Positions 15,676 through 26,147 are shown, counted from the first letter of the stretch. The stretch is 64,000 bases of DNA from Bacteroidales bacterium (GCA_035403245.1 DAONEU010000001.1:1394-65393); one strand, 5' to 3'. A program made the numbers and translations. The notes: generated by a model not told the origin, from the sequence alone.

Positions 15676-18354
15676 TTATTTTTTAAGATAATTCAAATTG
15701 AAAAAAGGTTTATAGAGGTGTCTTTTATCAACTTTATTGTAAAATGTGGTGTAATTGGTTGCTGAAATGGCATAAACCTGAACATTATCATTGGCAATTT
15801 GATTTTTATAAATTTCAGAGCCTATCAATGTATTATAATATTCCATAGCTGTTTCCATATTTTTAAATCTGGAAACAGTAATGAGTTGTTCATCCTGATT
15901 GATGTAAAAACTGTTGATGTTAAATTTTTGTAATGCAAAAAAGTCACGATTGAAGTTGGCTAAATTATTCTTGATATCCGTTATAGAGATCTGAGAAGCA
16001 TTTGCAATAAACACAACATAATGTTGTTCATTCGGTAAGAAACTAAAAGGAGAGTCGTTTAAAGCATTTTGCTCTTTAATTTTATTAATGGAAGTGGAGT
16101 CACCGGCATTAGCCATAACTTCACCTGCATTGGCAAAGGTGGAGAGATAAAATTGAGCCAATTGAGCCACTTCAGTTTTAGGATATTTGATAATAATATT
16201 AGCTAATCCCTTCTTTAATGAATCCTGACCCAGTAACTGTCCGATAGAAATAGTCCGTATGTATTCAAATTTTGATTTTAAAACGATATTGTTATCACAA
16301 TTAGGTAATGACTCATCTGCTAGCTGAACTGTTCGTTGCCATAGTTTTTTGGTGAAGGCATCGTAAGCGGAGGAGTATTTTCGTTCCATCTCATTTATTT
16401 TTTCAGCAATTTTCTTGTAATAATCAGGATCTAGAATTAATTTTGCATAATCGGAATCGGGATATCGGGTTAAAATGATGTTTTTATACTCTTCTCCTTT
16501 AGGATTATTGGTTTTTTTTAAATTAATATAAACCAAATAACAGGCAGGGGCAATCAGTTCGCTATTTGGGAATCGCCTGATCAATTGATCAAACATCTCT
16601 AAGGATCGTTTTTCATCTTTTAATAAGTCGCTATATATCAATGCCGCATTATACATGGCATTGGCAATTATTAAATTGGAAGTATCAACAGCTCCCGGAG
16701 TCATTGGGAGATCCTGGGTGTAGTATGCCGGTTTCTTAGGATCTGTTTCCCTTTTAACAATTACATTGCCATCTTCATCCAATTCCGGTTCAGCATCCGT
16801 ACTATCTGATGAATTATTCATTTCATCAAAAGAGATCTGTTGTTTGTTACTGATAATCCAGTTATCTTCTAGTTTTCTATTTCCAAATCTTCTGTAAAAA
16901 TCTGTAGAACCCTGAGTTACCAAAGATGGATTGTAAAAGTACCATTTATTGCTACCACTTGTATTGACATTAGTATTGGCAAAGTTTTGAGTACTTTGCA
17001 ATAACATCATCCTTTCATTTTCTTCTCTTTCAATACGTCTTTCTTCTTCTGTAAATTTATCAATCATTTTTTTAACCCAAGAGTTTCTTTCACCTTCTGA
17101 CATTTTAGCGATTTTTTGCAAACTGTCTTGAAGGGTGATTTCATTCAAATTATCAACTAAATCTTTCAAAAAAGAGGCTCTTTTTACTACAGATTCACGG
17201 TTTGGATAATCACTGGGCAATGCCAGTAAAGCAGTATCATAGTATGCCTGAGCTTTGATATATTCACTGTCTTCAAATAATAAATCTGCTAGTGTAATCG
17301 AAGAGAATGTCCTTTGGTAATTATTACTTACATAAGCTGAGACAGATTTGCCTAAGTAGTCCATTCTTTCCTTTTTATCCTCATCTATACGGGCTATTTC
17401 TGAAAATGCATAATAGATCTGATCCTTAAATTCATCATTCTTACCATCCTTTAACATTCTATTTAACTCTTTAATAATCATCTCTTTGGATTGAGTTGTA
17501 CCATCATAATTGGAGGCGAGTTTCATTCTTGCACTAAATTCCATTTCATAAGGAGGGGTGCTTCTTAAAACTTGGATAAAATAGTGCTGAGCTTCTTTAT
17601 TATTTCCATCTTGTTCGTATAATTGACCTAAAATGAAGTTAATACGAATAGCCATATCTTTCTTAGGTCTCAGTTTTTGTAATTCTATCAAAGAACTGAT
17701 AGCAACTTCGATCTCACCGGCCGGATTGGTAATATTAAGCTCAGCTAAAGCGGCATAATATAAAAAATTGAGGGTTCTGTCGTTTTTAGGATAAATGATT
17801 TGATAAGCATCCTCTAAAAGTTGTTGTGCTCTGGTGTATTGTTTTTGTCTGATAGCAGTTCTTGCATTTAATATGATCGCCTCTTCAGCCAGTCCCCAGG
17901 ATGGGTATTGTTTTGCTACGTAATTAAAAATACGGGTGGCATTAATGAAATCCTGCTTATGAAAATAGGCTCTACCCATCATCATATAGGCATCATCCAT
18001 GGTTTTAACATACTCTTTACCACGTATTAACATGGAATGTTTGTATATTGACTTAGATGCTTTTTCTATTACACGATCCATTTTAGAGTTTATAGATCCT
18101 AAATCTTCCTTAGTTGGATAGTAATAAATAGGCAAAACAGTTGTATAATTCTCTTTCCTCTTTTTTTCAATTTCTAATTCCCCCTCTTTTAAGGCCTCTT
18201 TCCCATTAAAATTTACATTGTAAGTTGATGTAACGGTATGGTAAGCCCTGTTTTCAAAGCTATTTTTATTGGTTGCACATGAAATAAAAAAAGTCAGGAC
18301 AATAAAAATGCAACATGCAGATAATAAAACAGATACGTATTTTTTCAAGCTCAA
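15676..18354 (-). CDS. porW: TPR-repeat lipoprotein, probable T9SS component PorW/SprE
   Basis: Lipobox 'FFISC'. 'NRAYHTVTSTYNVNFNGKEAL' right after the lipid Cys matches the SprE/PorW N-terminal signature as I recall it. Multiple TPR-like repeats; ~890 aa, the size of SprE. Confidence 0.6.
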   Translation of the reverse strand: MSLKKYVSVLLSACCIFIVLTFFISCATNKNSFENRAYHTVTSTYNVNFNGKEALKEGELEIEKKRKENYTTVLPIYYYPTKEDLGSINSKMDRVIEKASKSIYKHSMLIRGKEYVKTMDDAYMMMGRAYFHKQDFINATRIFNYVAKQYPSWGLAEEAIILNARTAIRQKQYTRAQQLLEDAYQIIYPKNDRTLNFLYYAALAELNITNPAGEIEVAISSLIELQKLRPKKDMAIRINFILGQLYEQDGNNKEAQHYFIQVLRSTPPYEMEFSARMKLASNYDGTTQSKEMIIKELNRMLKDGKNDEFKDQIYYAFSEIARIDEDKKERMDYLGKSVSAYVSNNYQRTFSSITLADLLFEDSEYIKAQAYYDTALLALPSDYPNRESVVKRASFLKDLVDNLNEITLQDSLQKIAKMSEGERNSWVKKMIDKFTEEERRIEREENERMMLLQSTQNFANTNVNTSGSNKWYFYNPSLVTQGSTDFYRRFGNRKLEDNWIISNKQQISFDEMNNSSDSTDAEPELDEDGNVIVKRETDPKKPAYYTQDLPMTPGAVDTSNLIIANAMYNAALIYSDLLKDEKRSLEMFDQLIRRFPNSELIAPACYLVYINLKKTNNPKGEEYKNIILTRYPDSDYAKLILDPDYYKKIAEKINEMERKYSSAYDAFTKKLWQRTVQLADESLPNCDNNIVLKSKFEYIRTISIGQLLGQDSLKKGLANIIIKYPKTEVAQLAQFYLSTFANAGEVMANAGDSTSINKIKEQNALNDSPFSFLPNEQHYVVFIANASQISITDIKNNLANFNRDFFALQKFNINSFYINQDEQLITVSRFKNMETAMEYYNTLIGSEIYKNQIANDNVQVYAISATNYTTFYNKVDKRHLYKPFFNLNYLKK

Positions 18355-18403
18355 ATTGTTATTTTATATTGTTAATTAGGGAGATAACGAAAAAAAACCG
18401 TTT

Positions 18404-19015
18404 TTATTTTTTTTGACTTTCAAAATATTGTTCCATTAACTTCTGAACATACTTTCCAAGTACATCAAATTCAATATTGATGATTGAACCGAGTTTGAAG
18501 TTATGAAAATTGGTCATTTGGTAAGTATATGGAATAATGGCAACAGAGAATCTCCCTTTTTCAGAATCAACGACAGTTAAACTTACCCCATTTACTGTTA
18601 TGGAACCTTTAGGTACTGTGAAATTATTCAATTCAGCATCGTATGTGAAGAAGAATCTCCAACTTCCGTTATCATCCACAACTTTTTCACAAATTGCAGT
18701 TTGGTCAACGTGTCCCTGAACAATATGGCCATCAAATCGGCCATCAAAACGCATACTTCTTTCCAGATTCACTTCGTAACCTAAACACCAGGATTTTAAA
18801 TTGGTTTTGAGCATAGTTTCATCCATAGCAGTCACTACGTATTGGTTGCGTTCTTTGTCTAACTTCACAATAGTTAAGCAACAGCCATCATGAGCCATAC
18901 TTTGATCAATTTTAAGCTCATCAGCAAAATCAACCTCAATAGTGAAATGATAATTGGTATTTTCATGTTCTATATGAACGATTTTTCCAGTTTTTTCTAC
19001 AATTCCTGTAAACAT
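18404..19015 (-). CDS. ribE: riboflavin synthase alpha chain
   Basis: 'MFTGIVEKTGKI', a duplicated lumazine-binding repeat and 'GHIVQGHVD'. Confidence 0.92.
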   Translation of the reverse strand: MFTGIVEKTGKIVHIEHENTNYHFTIEVDFADELKIDQSMAHDGCCLTIVKLDKERNQYVVTAMDETMLKTNLKSWCLGYEVNLERSMRFDGRFDGHIVQGHVDQTAICEKVVDDNGSWRFFFTYDAELNNFTVPKGSITVNGVSLTVVDSEKGRFSVAIIPYTYQMTNFHNFKLGSIINIEFDVLGKYVQKLMEQYFESQKK

Positions 19016-19040
19016 AGTTTTATTTTTTATTATGACAATG

Positions 19041-19048
19041 CAAATATA
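19041..19048 (-). promoter_or_regulatory. -7 box (TATATTTG) for ribE
   Basis: Exact match on the minus strand, 25 nt upstream of ATG 19015. Confidence 0.5.
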
Positions 19049-19068
19049 TATAATTCAGATGAATTCTT

Positions 19069-20463
19069 TTATTTCTTAAATTCTTTTTCAATTAGTGGCA
19101 CAAATTGATCAATATTACCTGCTCCAATCGTTACTAAAAGTTCTGGTTTTATACTTTTCAAATAGGGGATGAGGTCATCCTTTGAAATCAATTTTTTATT
19201 TTTAGTGGGAATCAAATCTAATAAAAATGATGAGGTGATTCCTTCAATTGGAACTTCACGGGCAGGATAAATATCTAATAAAATAATCTCATCCAATAAG
19301 CTTAATACTTGGGCAAACTCTTCTGCAAAATCTCTGGTTCTGCTGTACAAATGGGGCTGAAAGATACCTGTAGCCTTTTTATTCGGGTAAATGGTTTTAA
19401 TCGTTTGAAGAAAAGCTTTGATCTCTTCCGGATGATGGGCATAATCATCAATGTAAATCATTTCATCTTGAACAATTCGATAGTCAAATCTACGGGAAAC
19501 TCCGCTCCAAGTTGCAAATGAATCAAAAATCATATTACAGGATGCAACATGATCCGGGGCAATACTTAGTTTCATCAACTCTTTTACCGCTAAAAAAGCG
19601 GCCAAACTATTGAGAAGGTTGTGAATTCCCGGTGCTTTTAAATGTATATTATGAAAACAAACCGGATTATCACTTTTCATATTTTTACAAATCGCGAAAT
19701 GGGTACTTTCAGGTTCCATTTGATCGATTTTAATAAAAAAGTCAGCCTCCTCATCAACACCATAAGTGATTTTATGAGGATGGTCGATCAAATGCGCAAT
19801 TTTTTGAGCAATGATAAGTGTACCGTTTCGATCAATTTGATTTGCAAAATCTTGAAAAGAGGCAATTAAATTTTTCTTTTCTCCATAGATATCTAAATGA
19901 TCAGCATCAACTGAAGTGATGATTCCAATTTTTGGATATAGCGTTAAAAAGGAACGATCAAACTCATCTGCTTCAACAACAACGGTTTGAAAATCATTAG
20001 TATATAAAAAATTACTGTTTAAATTTTTTGAGATTCCTCCAATAAAAGCTAATGTTGGATGATGAATCGACTTTAAAAAATGGGTAACCATGGAAGTTGT
20101 AGTAGTTTTACCATGAGTACCCGCTACAGCTATAGTTGGGAACGATTCACAAATCAAACCTAAAACTTCTGATCTTTTTAAGATGGGAACATGATGCTCT
20201 TGAAACCAAAGTAATTCCTTGTGATTTTTGGGAATTGCAGGGGTTAAGATAACTAAATCAATTTCGTCAGGTATGAGTTGATCCTGTTCGGAAAAGTGAA
20301 TTACAGCGCCCATTTTGATCAACTGATCCGTTATACCGGAAGGAGTTAGATCATATCCAAAGACTTTTACTCCATATTGAAGGAAGAACTGTGCCAGTGC
20401 ACTCATCCCAATCCCCCCAATACCTAAAAAATATACCCTTTTAATGTTGTCTAATGGTTGCAT
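19069..20463 (-). CDS. murC: UDP-N-acetylmuramate--L-alanine ligase
   Basis: 'VYFLGIGGIGMSALAQFF', 'GYDLTPS' and the P-loop 'VAGTHGKTTTTSMV'. 464 aa. Confidence 0.8.
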   Translation of the reverse strand: MQPLDNIKRVYFLGIGGIGMSALAQFFLQYGVKVFGYDLTPSGITDQLIKMGAVIHFSEQDQLIPDEIDLVILTPAIPKNHKELLWFQEHHVPILKRSEVLGLICESFPTIAVAGTHGKTTTTSMVTHFLKSIHHPTLAFIGGISKNLNSNFLYTNDFQTVVVEADEFDRSFLTLYPKIGIITSVDADHLDIYGEKKNLIASFQDFANQIDRNGTLIIAQKIAHLIDHPHKITYGVDEEADFFIKIDQMEPESTHFAICKNMKSDNPVCFHNIHLKAPGIHNLLNSLAAFLAVKELMKLSIAPDHVASCNMIFDSFATWSGVSRRFDYRIVQDEMIYIDDYAHHPEEIKAFLQTIKTIYPNKKATGIFQPHLYSRTRDFAEEFAQVLSLLDEIILLDIYPAREVPIEGITSSFLLDLIPTKNKKLISKDDLIPYLKSIKPELLVTIGAGNIDQFVPLIEKEFKK

Positions 20464-20472
20464 TTTTTTGAT

Positions 20473-21978
20473 TTAGAACTTTTCAGGTACAATGACATTC
20501 ACATTTTGCAAAAATTCTTGAGATTTATGCATCAATTTGTACATTAAAACGTCATTTTCAACAAATGGTACAGATTGTCGGTAACTAGCTACAAATTCTT
20601 CAATAAACTCAGAAGATTTTAAAGGTCTTCTGAATTCTAAAGCTTGTGCAGCGTTAAACAACTCGATAGATAATACTTTCTCAGTATTATTGATAATAAT
20701 ATATGCTTTTGTAGCTGCATTTGCCCCCATACTCACATGATCTTCTTGTCCTTGAGATGATTCTATAGAATCGGAAGAGGATGGCATACATAATGTTTTG
20801 CTCTGACTCACGATAGATGCTGCTGTATATTGAGGTATCATGAATCCTGAATTCAGACCCGGATTTTTTACCAAGAAGGATGGAAGATCTCTTTTGCCTG
20901 CGATTAATTGATAAATTCTTCTTTCAGAAATATTAGCTAATTCAGACATTGCTAATGCGAGGTAATCAAGAACCAAAGCGATAGGTTGACCATGGAAATT
21001 TCCTGCAGAAATGATCAAATCTTCGTCAGGAAATATAGTTGGATTATCAGTAACAGAATTGATTTCAGTTTCAATTACATTCATAACATGATTTACAGCA
21101 TCTTTTGTAGCCCCGTGAACTTGAGGAATACAACGGAAGGAGTAAGGATCTTGCACATGTTTTTTCTCTCTTGTTATGATCTCAGATCCTTCCAAAAGGT
21201 AGTTGATATGAGTTGATGTAAGTATTTGGCCAATATGTGGTCTTACTAAATGTACTGAAATATGAAATGGCTCAATTCTACCATCATAAGCATCTAATGA
21301 GGTTGCTGCGATCATATCAGCTAACCAGGATAATTTTTTAGATTTTAGGACTAACCAGGATCCATAAGCACTCATAAATTGAGTTCCATTTAATAAAGCT
21401 AATCCCTCTTTTGATTGCAAAGTGATCGGTTCCCATCCAAATTTTTCATTGATTACGGCAGATTCATACTTTTTACCTTTATAGTAAACCTCACCCAAAT
21501 TTAAAAGGGGAAGAGATAAATGAGCTAAAGGTGCTAAATCTCCGGATGCCCCTAAGGATCCTTGTTGATAAACCACAGGAAGAACGCCCTGATTAAAAAA
21601 ATCAATCAATCTTTGAATAGTTGCTACCTGAACACCTGAATTACCGTATGATAAAGATTGGATTTTTAACAGTAACATAATCTTTACAATCTCTTGTGGA
21701 ACTTCATCTCCGAATCCACAAGAATGGGATATAACAAGATTTCTTTGTAAAGTAGATAAATCATCAATGGATATTGTTGTGTTACAAAGAGATCCAAAAC
21801 CAGTAGTGATTCCGTAAACAGGAACTTTGCTGTTTTTCATTTTTTCATCTAAGTAGGTTCTGCACTTTTGGACAGCCTCTTTTGATTCTTCAGATAAAAT
21901 GAGTTTTGCTTTCCCTTTGAGTATCTGATCAACTTTTTCTAAACTTAAAAATTCTGTAGAAATAATGTGTTGTTTCAT
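20473..21978 (-). CDS. hutH: histidine ammonia-lyase (MIO-dependent)
   Basis: MIO-forming 'GSLGASGDLAPLAHL', plus 'NGTQFM' and 'QEDHVSMG'. Confidence 0.9.
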   Translation of the reverse strand: MKQHIISTEFLSLEKVDQILKGKAKLILSEESKEAVQKCRTYLDEKMKNSKVPVYGITTGFGSLCNTTISIDDLSTLQRNLVISHSCGFGDEVPQEIVKIMLLLKIQSLSYGNSGVQVATIQRLIDFFNQGVLPVVYQQGSLGASGDLAPLAHLSLPLLNLGEVYYKGKKYESAVINEKFGWEPITLQSKEGLALLNGTQFMSAYGSWLVLKSKKLSWLADMIAATSLDAYDGRIEPFHISVHLVRPHIGQILTSTHINYLLEGSEIITREKKHVQDPYSFRCIPQVHGATKDAVNHVMNVIETEINSVTDNPTIFPDEDLIISAGNFHGQPIALVLDYLALAMSELANISERRIYQLIAGKRDLPSFLVKNPGLNSGFMIPQYTAASIVSQSKTLCMPSSSDSIESSQGQEDHVSMGANAATKAYIIINNTEKVLSIELFNAAQALEFRRPLKSSEFIEEFVASYRQSVPFVENDVLMYKLMHKSQEFLQNVNVIVPEKF

Positions 21979-22060
21979 TGAAATGTTATTTTTTTTGTAT
22001 TAATATCAAAGATTAATTAAGTATATTGTTTTTATAATAAGCAAGATACGAAAACGAATA

Positions 22061-22076
22061 TATCTTTGCAAACATA
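22061..22076. promoter_or_regulatory. back-to-back -7 boxes forming a near-palindrome (TATCTTTG / CAAACATA)
   Basis: The + strand reads TATCTTTG (22061-22068). The - strand reads TATGTTTG (22069-22076), ~90 nt upstream of hutH. The + strand box has no downstream ORF. Confidence 0.3.
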
Positions 22077-22146
22077 CTGAAAAAAATTGAAAAAGGGGGT
22101 TACTTAAATTGTTGAAATTATTGGATTGACATCAAAAAGATCAACC

Positions 22147-22557
22147 CTAATTCATTATAAATTCGAAAATATCATGTTCGTAGAATAATGTTGGATCCAG
22201 TTGAATGCTAATCACATTATTCGTCTTGGGATTTCCTTGTCCAAGTGGGAAAAAACGCCATACTGTATTCTCGAAAACGTTAGATTCATTGGAATATTGA
22301 GTCACTGCAATCAAATATTCAGGCTCACCCATTGCATCTCTAAATGTTTCTGTATAAGTTACATGAATAGGTTCTGAGGTGCTCATGGGTTCAATGGAAA
22401 TAACAGGACCAGAAACGGATCCTCCAAATTCCAATTTATCAATTCTATAAGGTGTATTATTGACAATTTGTATCGGATAATCTATTGGATCAGAACAGGA
22501 GAATAAGCTCAATATGAGCATTATCCCTACAAAAATCAACCCAATATTTTTTTTCAT
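22147..22557 (-). CDS. small lipoprotein, unknown function
   Basis: ORF trimmed to ATG 22557. 'MKKNIGLIFVGIMLILSLFSCSD' is a lipoprotein signal peptide. A -7 box lies at 22578-22585. Confidence 0.5.
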   Translation of the reverse strand: MKKNIGLIFVGIMLILSLFSCSDPIDYPIQIVNNTPYRIDKLEFGGSVSGPVISIEPMSTSEPIHVTYTETFRDAMGEPEYLIAVTQYSNESNVFENTVWRFFPLGQGNPKTNNVISIQLDPTLFYEHDIFEFIMN

Positions 22558-22577
22558 ATTATCTTGTTTTAATATAG

Positions 22578-22585
22578 CAAATATA
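22578..22585 (-). promoter_or_regulatory. -7 box (TATATTTG) for the lipoprotein gene
   Basis: Exact match, 20 nt upstream of ATG 22557. Confidence 0.5.
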
Positions 22586-22697
22586 TGATTTTTTTTTGAA
22601 AAAATCAAGTTTTAGACTCAGATTTTCAAAAATACTTCTATATCTACGAATTCAATTTTATTTTGTTACAGAACCTCTGGTTAAATCATTTTTTCAA

Positions 22698-22705
22698 TAT
22701 ATTTG
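22698..22705 (+). promoter_or_regulatory. -7 box (TATATTTG) for the M1 peptidase gene
   Basis: Exact match, 22 nt upstream of ATG 22728. It lies inside the listed 5' extension of ORF 22596. Confidence 0.5.
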
Positions 22706-22727
22706 CCGATACTTTAATCGGATTATT

Positions 22728-24407
22728 ATGAATTATTTAAAATCAATTTTATTAGTTGCCTTATCAATTCTTGTTTCATCTTGCTCATTAATTGGAATAA
22801 ATCTGACCTATAAAACACCCAAAATACCCGGAAAATATCCTAAATTTAAAGAAAAGGATTACTTACTTGGGGAGAATTCAGAATTAAGACAAAAAGTGGA
22901 TGTTACTTTCTATGACCTTAATTTAAATTTAGATATTCCAAATCAATCGATTAAAGGATATGTGGATATCCATTTTGAAATTTTACAAGAATTAGATTCT
23001 TTACAACTGGATTTAGATAAAAAGTTAAAAATTAATGCGATTGTATTTCAAGGAGATACAATAAAATTTTCAAGAAAAGAGAGCACTGTTTATGTTTTAT
23101 TGAAACAAATAATTCCAAAAAATCAGGTGCAGCAAATACGGGTATACTATGAAGGAAAACCTTTGAAAGCAAAACGTCCTCCCTGGGACGGAGGATTTAT
23201 TTGGGAGAAAGATAACAATGGAAATCCTTGGGTTTCTGTTGCGTGCCAAGGGCTAGGGGCTCACATCTGGTTTCCTCTTAAAGATCATCCCTCAGATGAA
23301 CCCGATTCTGTTAGGTTGTCAATGACTGTCCCAAAAGGGCTTTTTTGTGTCAGCAATGGAAAATTGATTCGTCAAATTAAAAATGAAAAAACAGAAACTT
23401 TTATTTGGAAAACAAGTTATCCTATAAATACTTACAATATTACTTTTTATATAGGTGACTATGTGAGGTTTACATTGCCTTATAAAAATAATAATATCAA
23501 TAAAGATCTTGAATTTTACACCTTGTCTTATGATTTAGAAAGAGGGAAAAATCATTTTAAACAAGCATCAGATGTGATTGCCTTTTACGAAAATCATTTT
23601 GGATCTTACCCTTGGTGGAATGATGGATATAAACTAGTACAAAGTTCCTATCTGGGAATGGAACACCAAACAGCGATTGCCTACGGAAATAGATTCAAAA
23701 ATGATTATGGAATTGTAGATTATATCATTCTCCATGAAACAGGACACGAATGGTGGGGTAATAGTTTGTCTGTTTCCGATAATGCTGAAATATGGCTTCA
23801 TGAAGGGTTCACGACCTATTGTGATGCTCTTTTTATGGAAGAAAAAAAGGGATACGATTATTATCTGGATATGATGAAGTTTAATTATGGTATCACAATA
23901 CGCAATAAAAGACCCATAATTGGTCCATTTGGGGTTAATTATTCCAATTTTAAAGATTCAGATCCTTACGGAAAAGGGGCTTTGGTATTACATACTCTAA
24001 GAAATATTATTGACGACGACAAACTGTTTTTTGATATTCTGAAAACCTATTATCAAAAACATCAATATTCTATAATAACTACAAAAGATTTTATCAATAT
24101 TGTGAATGAAATGACTCAGAAAAACTATGATTGGTTCTTTAATCAATATCTATATTCCAGAGTTTGCCCGCAATTAGAATGGTATTCTGAATATAATTTT
24201 GCAACAGATGAAACTGTTTTGAAATATAAGTGGAATAATGTTGGTAATGAGTTTAAACTACCAGTAGTTGTTGAAACTGACTATGGGAAGACAATTATTT
24301 ACCCAACTCCGGAAATTCAGCAACATGTATTTCGTAGAGGGGTTGAGATTAAAATAAACCCCAATTTTTCATTGTTTTCTCAGATTAAAAATGATAAAAT
24401 TAAATAG
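22728..24407 (+). CDS. M1-family zinc metallopeptidase (aminopeptidase N-like), lipoprotein
   Basis: Start at ATG 22728 ('MNYLKSILLVALSILVSSCS'). Zinc site 'HETGHEWWGN' plus 'WLHEGF'. Confidence 0.8.
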   Translation: MNYLKSILLVALSILVSSCSLIGINLTYKTPKIPGKYPKFKEKDYLLGENSELRQKVDVTFYDLNLNLDIPNQSIKGYVDIHFEILQELDSLQLDLDKKLKINAIVFQGDTIKFSRKESTVYVLLKQIIPKNQVQQIRVYYEGKPLKAKRPPWDGGFIWEKDNNGNPWVSVACQGLGAHIWFPLKDHPSDEPDSVRLSMTVPKGLFCVSNGKLIRQIKNEKTETFIWKTSYPINTYNITFYIGDYVRFTLPYKNNNINKDLEFYTLSYDLERGKNHFKQASDVIAFYENHFGSYPWWNDGYKLVQSSYLGMEHQTAIAYGNRFKNDYGIVDYIILHETGHEWWGNSLSVSDNAEIWLHEGFTTYCDALFMEEKKGYDYYLDMMKFNYGITIRNKRPIIGPFGVNYSNFKDSDPYGKGALVLHTLRNIIDDDKLFFDILKTYYQKHQYSIITTKDFINIVNEMTQKNYDWFFNQYLYSRVCPQLEWYSEYNFATDETVLKYKWNNVGNEFKLPVVVETDYGKTIIYPTPEIQQHVFRRGVEIKINPNFSLFSQIKNDKIK

Positions 24408-24409
24408 AT

Positions 24410-25726
24410 ATGAAGGTTGAAAATTTTATAAATAACATTCTCCAATACTTTAATTTGCAGGATGAATTAGAATCCCAAAAAACAATTCATAGTGAAATCC
24501 AAAAAGGGATCTATTTTAAAGGAACCAATTTATGGATATTGGTTTTTGCAATCCTAGTAGCTTCTATAGGTTTAAATATGAATTCCACCGCTGTCATCAT
24601 TGGAGCAATGCTAATTTCCCCATTAATGGGACCTATTACAGGGATGGGATATAGTATTGCGATTTATGATGGGACCCTTTTTTCAAAATCGTTTAAAAAT
24701 TTTATATTTGCTGTTATTACGAGTTTAGTAACTTCGACAATCTATTTTGCCATATCTCCCATTTCAACTGCTCATTCAGAATTATTAGCGAGAACAAGTC
24801 CAACTATTTATGACGTTCTTATTGCTCTTTTTGGAGGCGGTGCAGGCATAATTGCTTTAAGCAGTAAACAGAAAGGAAACGTTTTACCGGGAGTTGCTAT
24901 TGCTACAGCTTTAATGCCACCACTTTGTACAGCAGGATATGGATTAGCAACGGGACAATTTAATTTCTTTTTTGGAGCATCTTATTTATTTGTAATTAAT
25001 ACAATTTTTATAGCATTGGCTGCAACCTGGATCTCGAAAATTTTAAAATTCCCCATTGCAGGAGAGATTGATCCAAAGCAAAAAACCAAAATTAACAGAT
25101 ATCTTTCATTCCTCATTACTTTAATTCTTCTTCCAAGTATTTATTTTGGGTATCAATTGGTTAAAGAGGAACAATTTAGACAAAGAGCAGAAAAATTTAT
25201 AAATAATGTAAGTTTTTACAAAGAAAGTTTTTTAATCAAAAATGAAATTTTAACGGATAAAAAAACCATTAAATTAGTTTATGCAGGCAATTCCCTATCT
25301 ATTCAGGATAAAAAAGAATTAACTGAAAAATTAAATGATTTTAACATCTTAGGAACCCTTGTGGTTGAACAAGGTTTCTCTATCCAAAATAATGAAAGTC
25401 AAAACAATGAAGTATATAGACTCAAAGATCAGTTAAATAATATGAATTTACTATTAAAAGAGAAACAAGCCACGATAGATTCTCTTAAAAACGCTTCAGG
25501 ATTTGGAAAGACTATTATTAATGAATTGGTTGCTCTTTATCCTCAAATATTAAGTTGTACTTTTTCTAAAAGCGAGCAATATAAAGCAAATACTAATGAG
25601 AAAGTTCCTAAAACGATCGTAATACTTCAAACCAAATCAACCCTTAGCCCAGATGATAAGTTAAAGATCAAAAATTGGTTAAAGGAAAGAACAGAATCAA
25701 ATCAGATTGAACTCATTGTTGAATAG
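24410..25726 (+). CDS. DUF389-family integral membrane protein with a coiled-coil C-terminal domain
   Basis: 'IGAMLISPLMGPITGMG' and 'AIATALMPPLCTAGYGL' are DUF389 signatures. The C-terminal ~190 aa are soluble. Confidence 0.7.
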   Translation: MKVENFINNILQYFNLQDELESQKTIHSEIQKGIYFKGTNLWILVFAILVASIGLNMNSTAVIIGAMLISPLMGPITGMGYSIAIYDGTLFSKSFKNFIFAVITSLVTSTIYFAISPISTAHSELLARTSPTIYDVLIALFGGGAGIIALSSKQKGNVLPGVAIATALMPPLCTAGYGLATGQFNFFFGASYLFVINTIFIALAATWISKILKFPIAGEIDPKQKTKINRYLSFLITLILLPSIYFGYQLVKEEQFRQRAEKFINNVSFYKESFLIKNEILTDKKTIKLVYAGNSLSIQDKKELTEKLNDFNILGTLVVEQGFSIQNNESQNNEVYRLKDQLNNMNLLLKEKQATIDSLKNASGFGKTIINELVALYPQILSCTFSKSEQYKANTNEKVPKTIVILQTKSTLSPDDKLKIKNWLKERTESNQIELIVE

Positions 25727-25733
25727 ATGGCCA

Positions 25734-26147
25734 TTAATTCAACATTTTTAAAACCTGATTCACAATAATTTTCTTATATTCTGCTGGGTTTTCTATAGCA
25801 TTTTCAAAGGCTTTATCTGAAAGATCTGTGACGTTTCCTTTTTGATCTACAAATAGTAAAGTAGAAAATTGAATTTTATATTGTACCACCAATGACTTGT
25901 TTTGCTCTTCTTCAATGTTAATAGGCTCAAAAATAATGATTTTTGAATCTAGTTCCTTTTGAAATTCAGCCTGAAGGGTCTCTAAACAAACATTTTCGCA
26001 AGCTAAACAAGTGGCACATCTGTTGGTTGCATGAAAATAATAGATCCTTATTTTCGGAACCGAATCGGTCTGATTTTGTGCTTGAACTGATTGAAATGAA
26101 GAAAATATTCCAATGAAAAGAGCTAAAAAAAGTACTGTTTTTTTCAT
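25734..26147 (-). CDS. secreted thioredoxin-fold-like protein with a C-x2-C-x2-C-x4-C motif (possibly ArsF-like family)
   Basis: Signal peptide. 'YYFHATNRCATCLACENVCLE' resembles the family NCBI names ArsF-like. Assignment is from memory only. Confidence 0.4.
   Translation of the reverse strand: MKKTVLFLALFIGIFSSFQSVQAQNQTDSVPKIRIYYFHATNRCATCLACENVCLETLQAEFQKELDSKIIIFEPINIEEEQNKSLVVQYKIQFSTLLFVDQKGNVTDLSDKAFENAIENPAEYKKIIVNQVLKMLN

Noticed and set aside
22596-22727. Long 5' extensions offered by the ORF track: 1783-1860, 2095-2139, 22596-22727, 57157-57279, 9748-9819, 22558-22608, 6641-6664 and 529-567.
   Set aside because: The extensions contain exact -7 promoter boxes or terminators, or overlap the preceding gene. 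Family-typical N-termini or signal peptides begin at the internal ATG.
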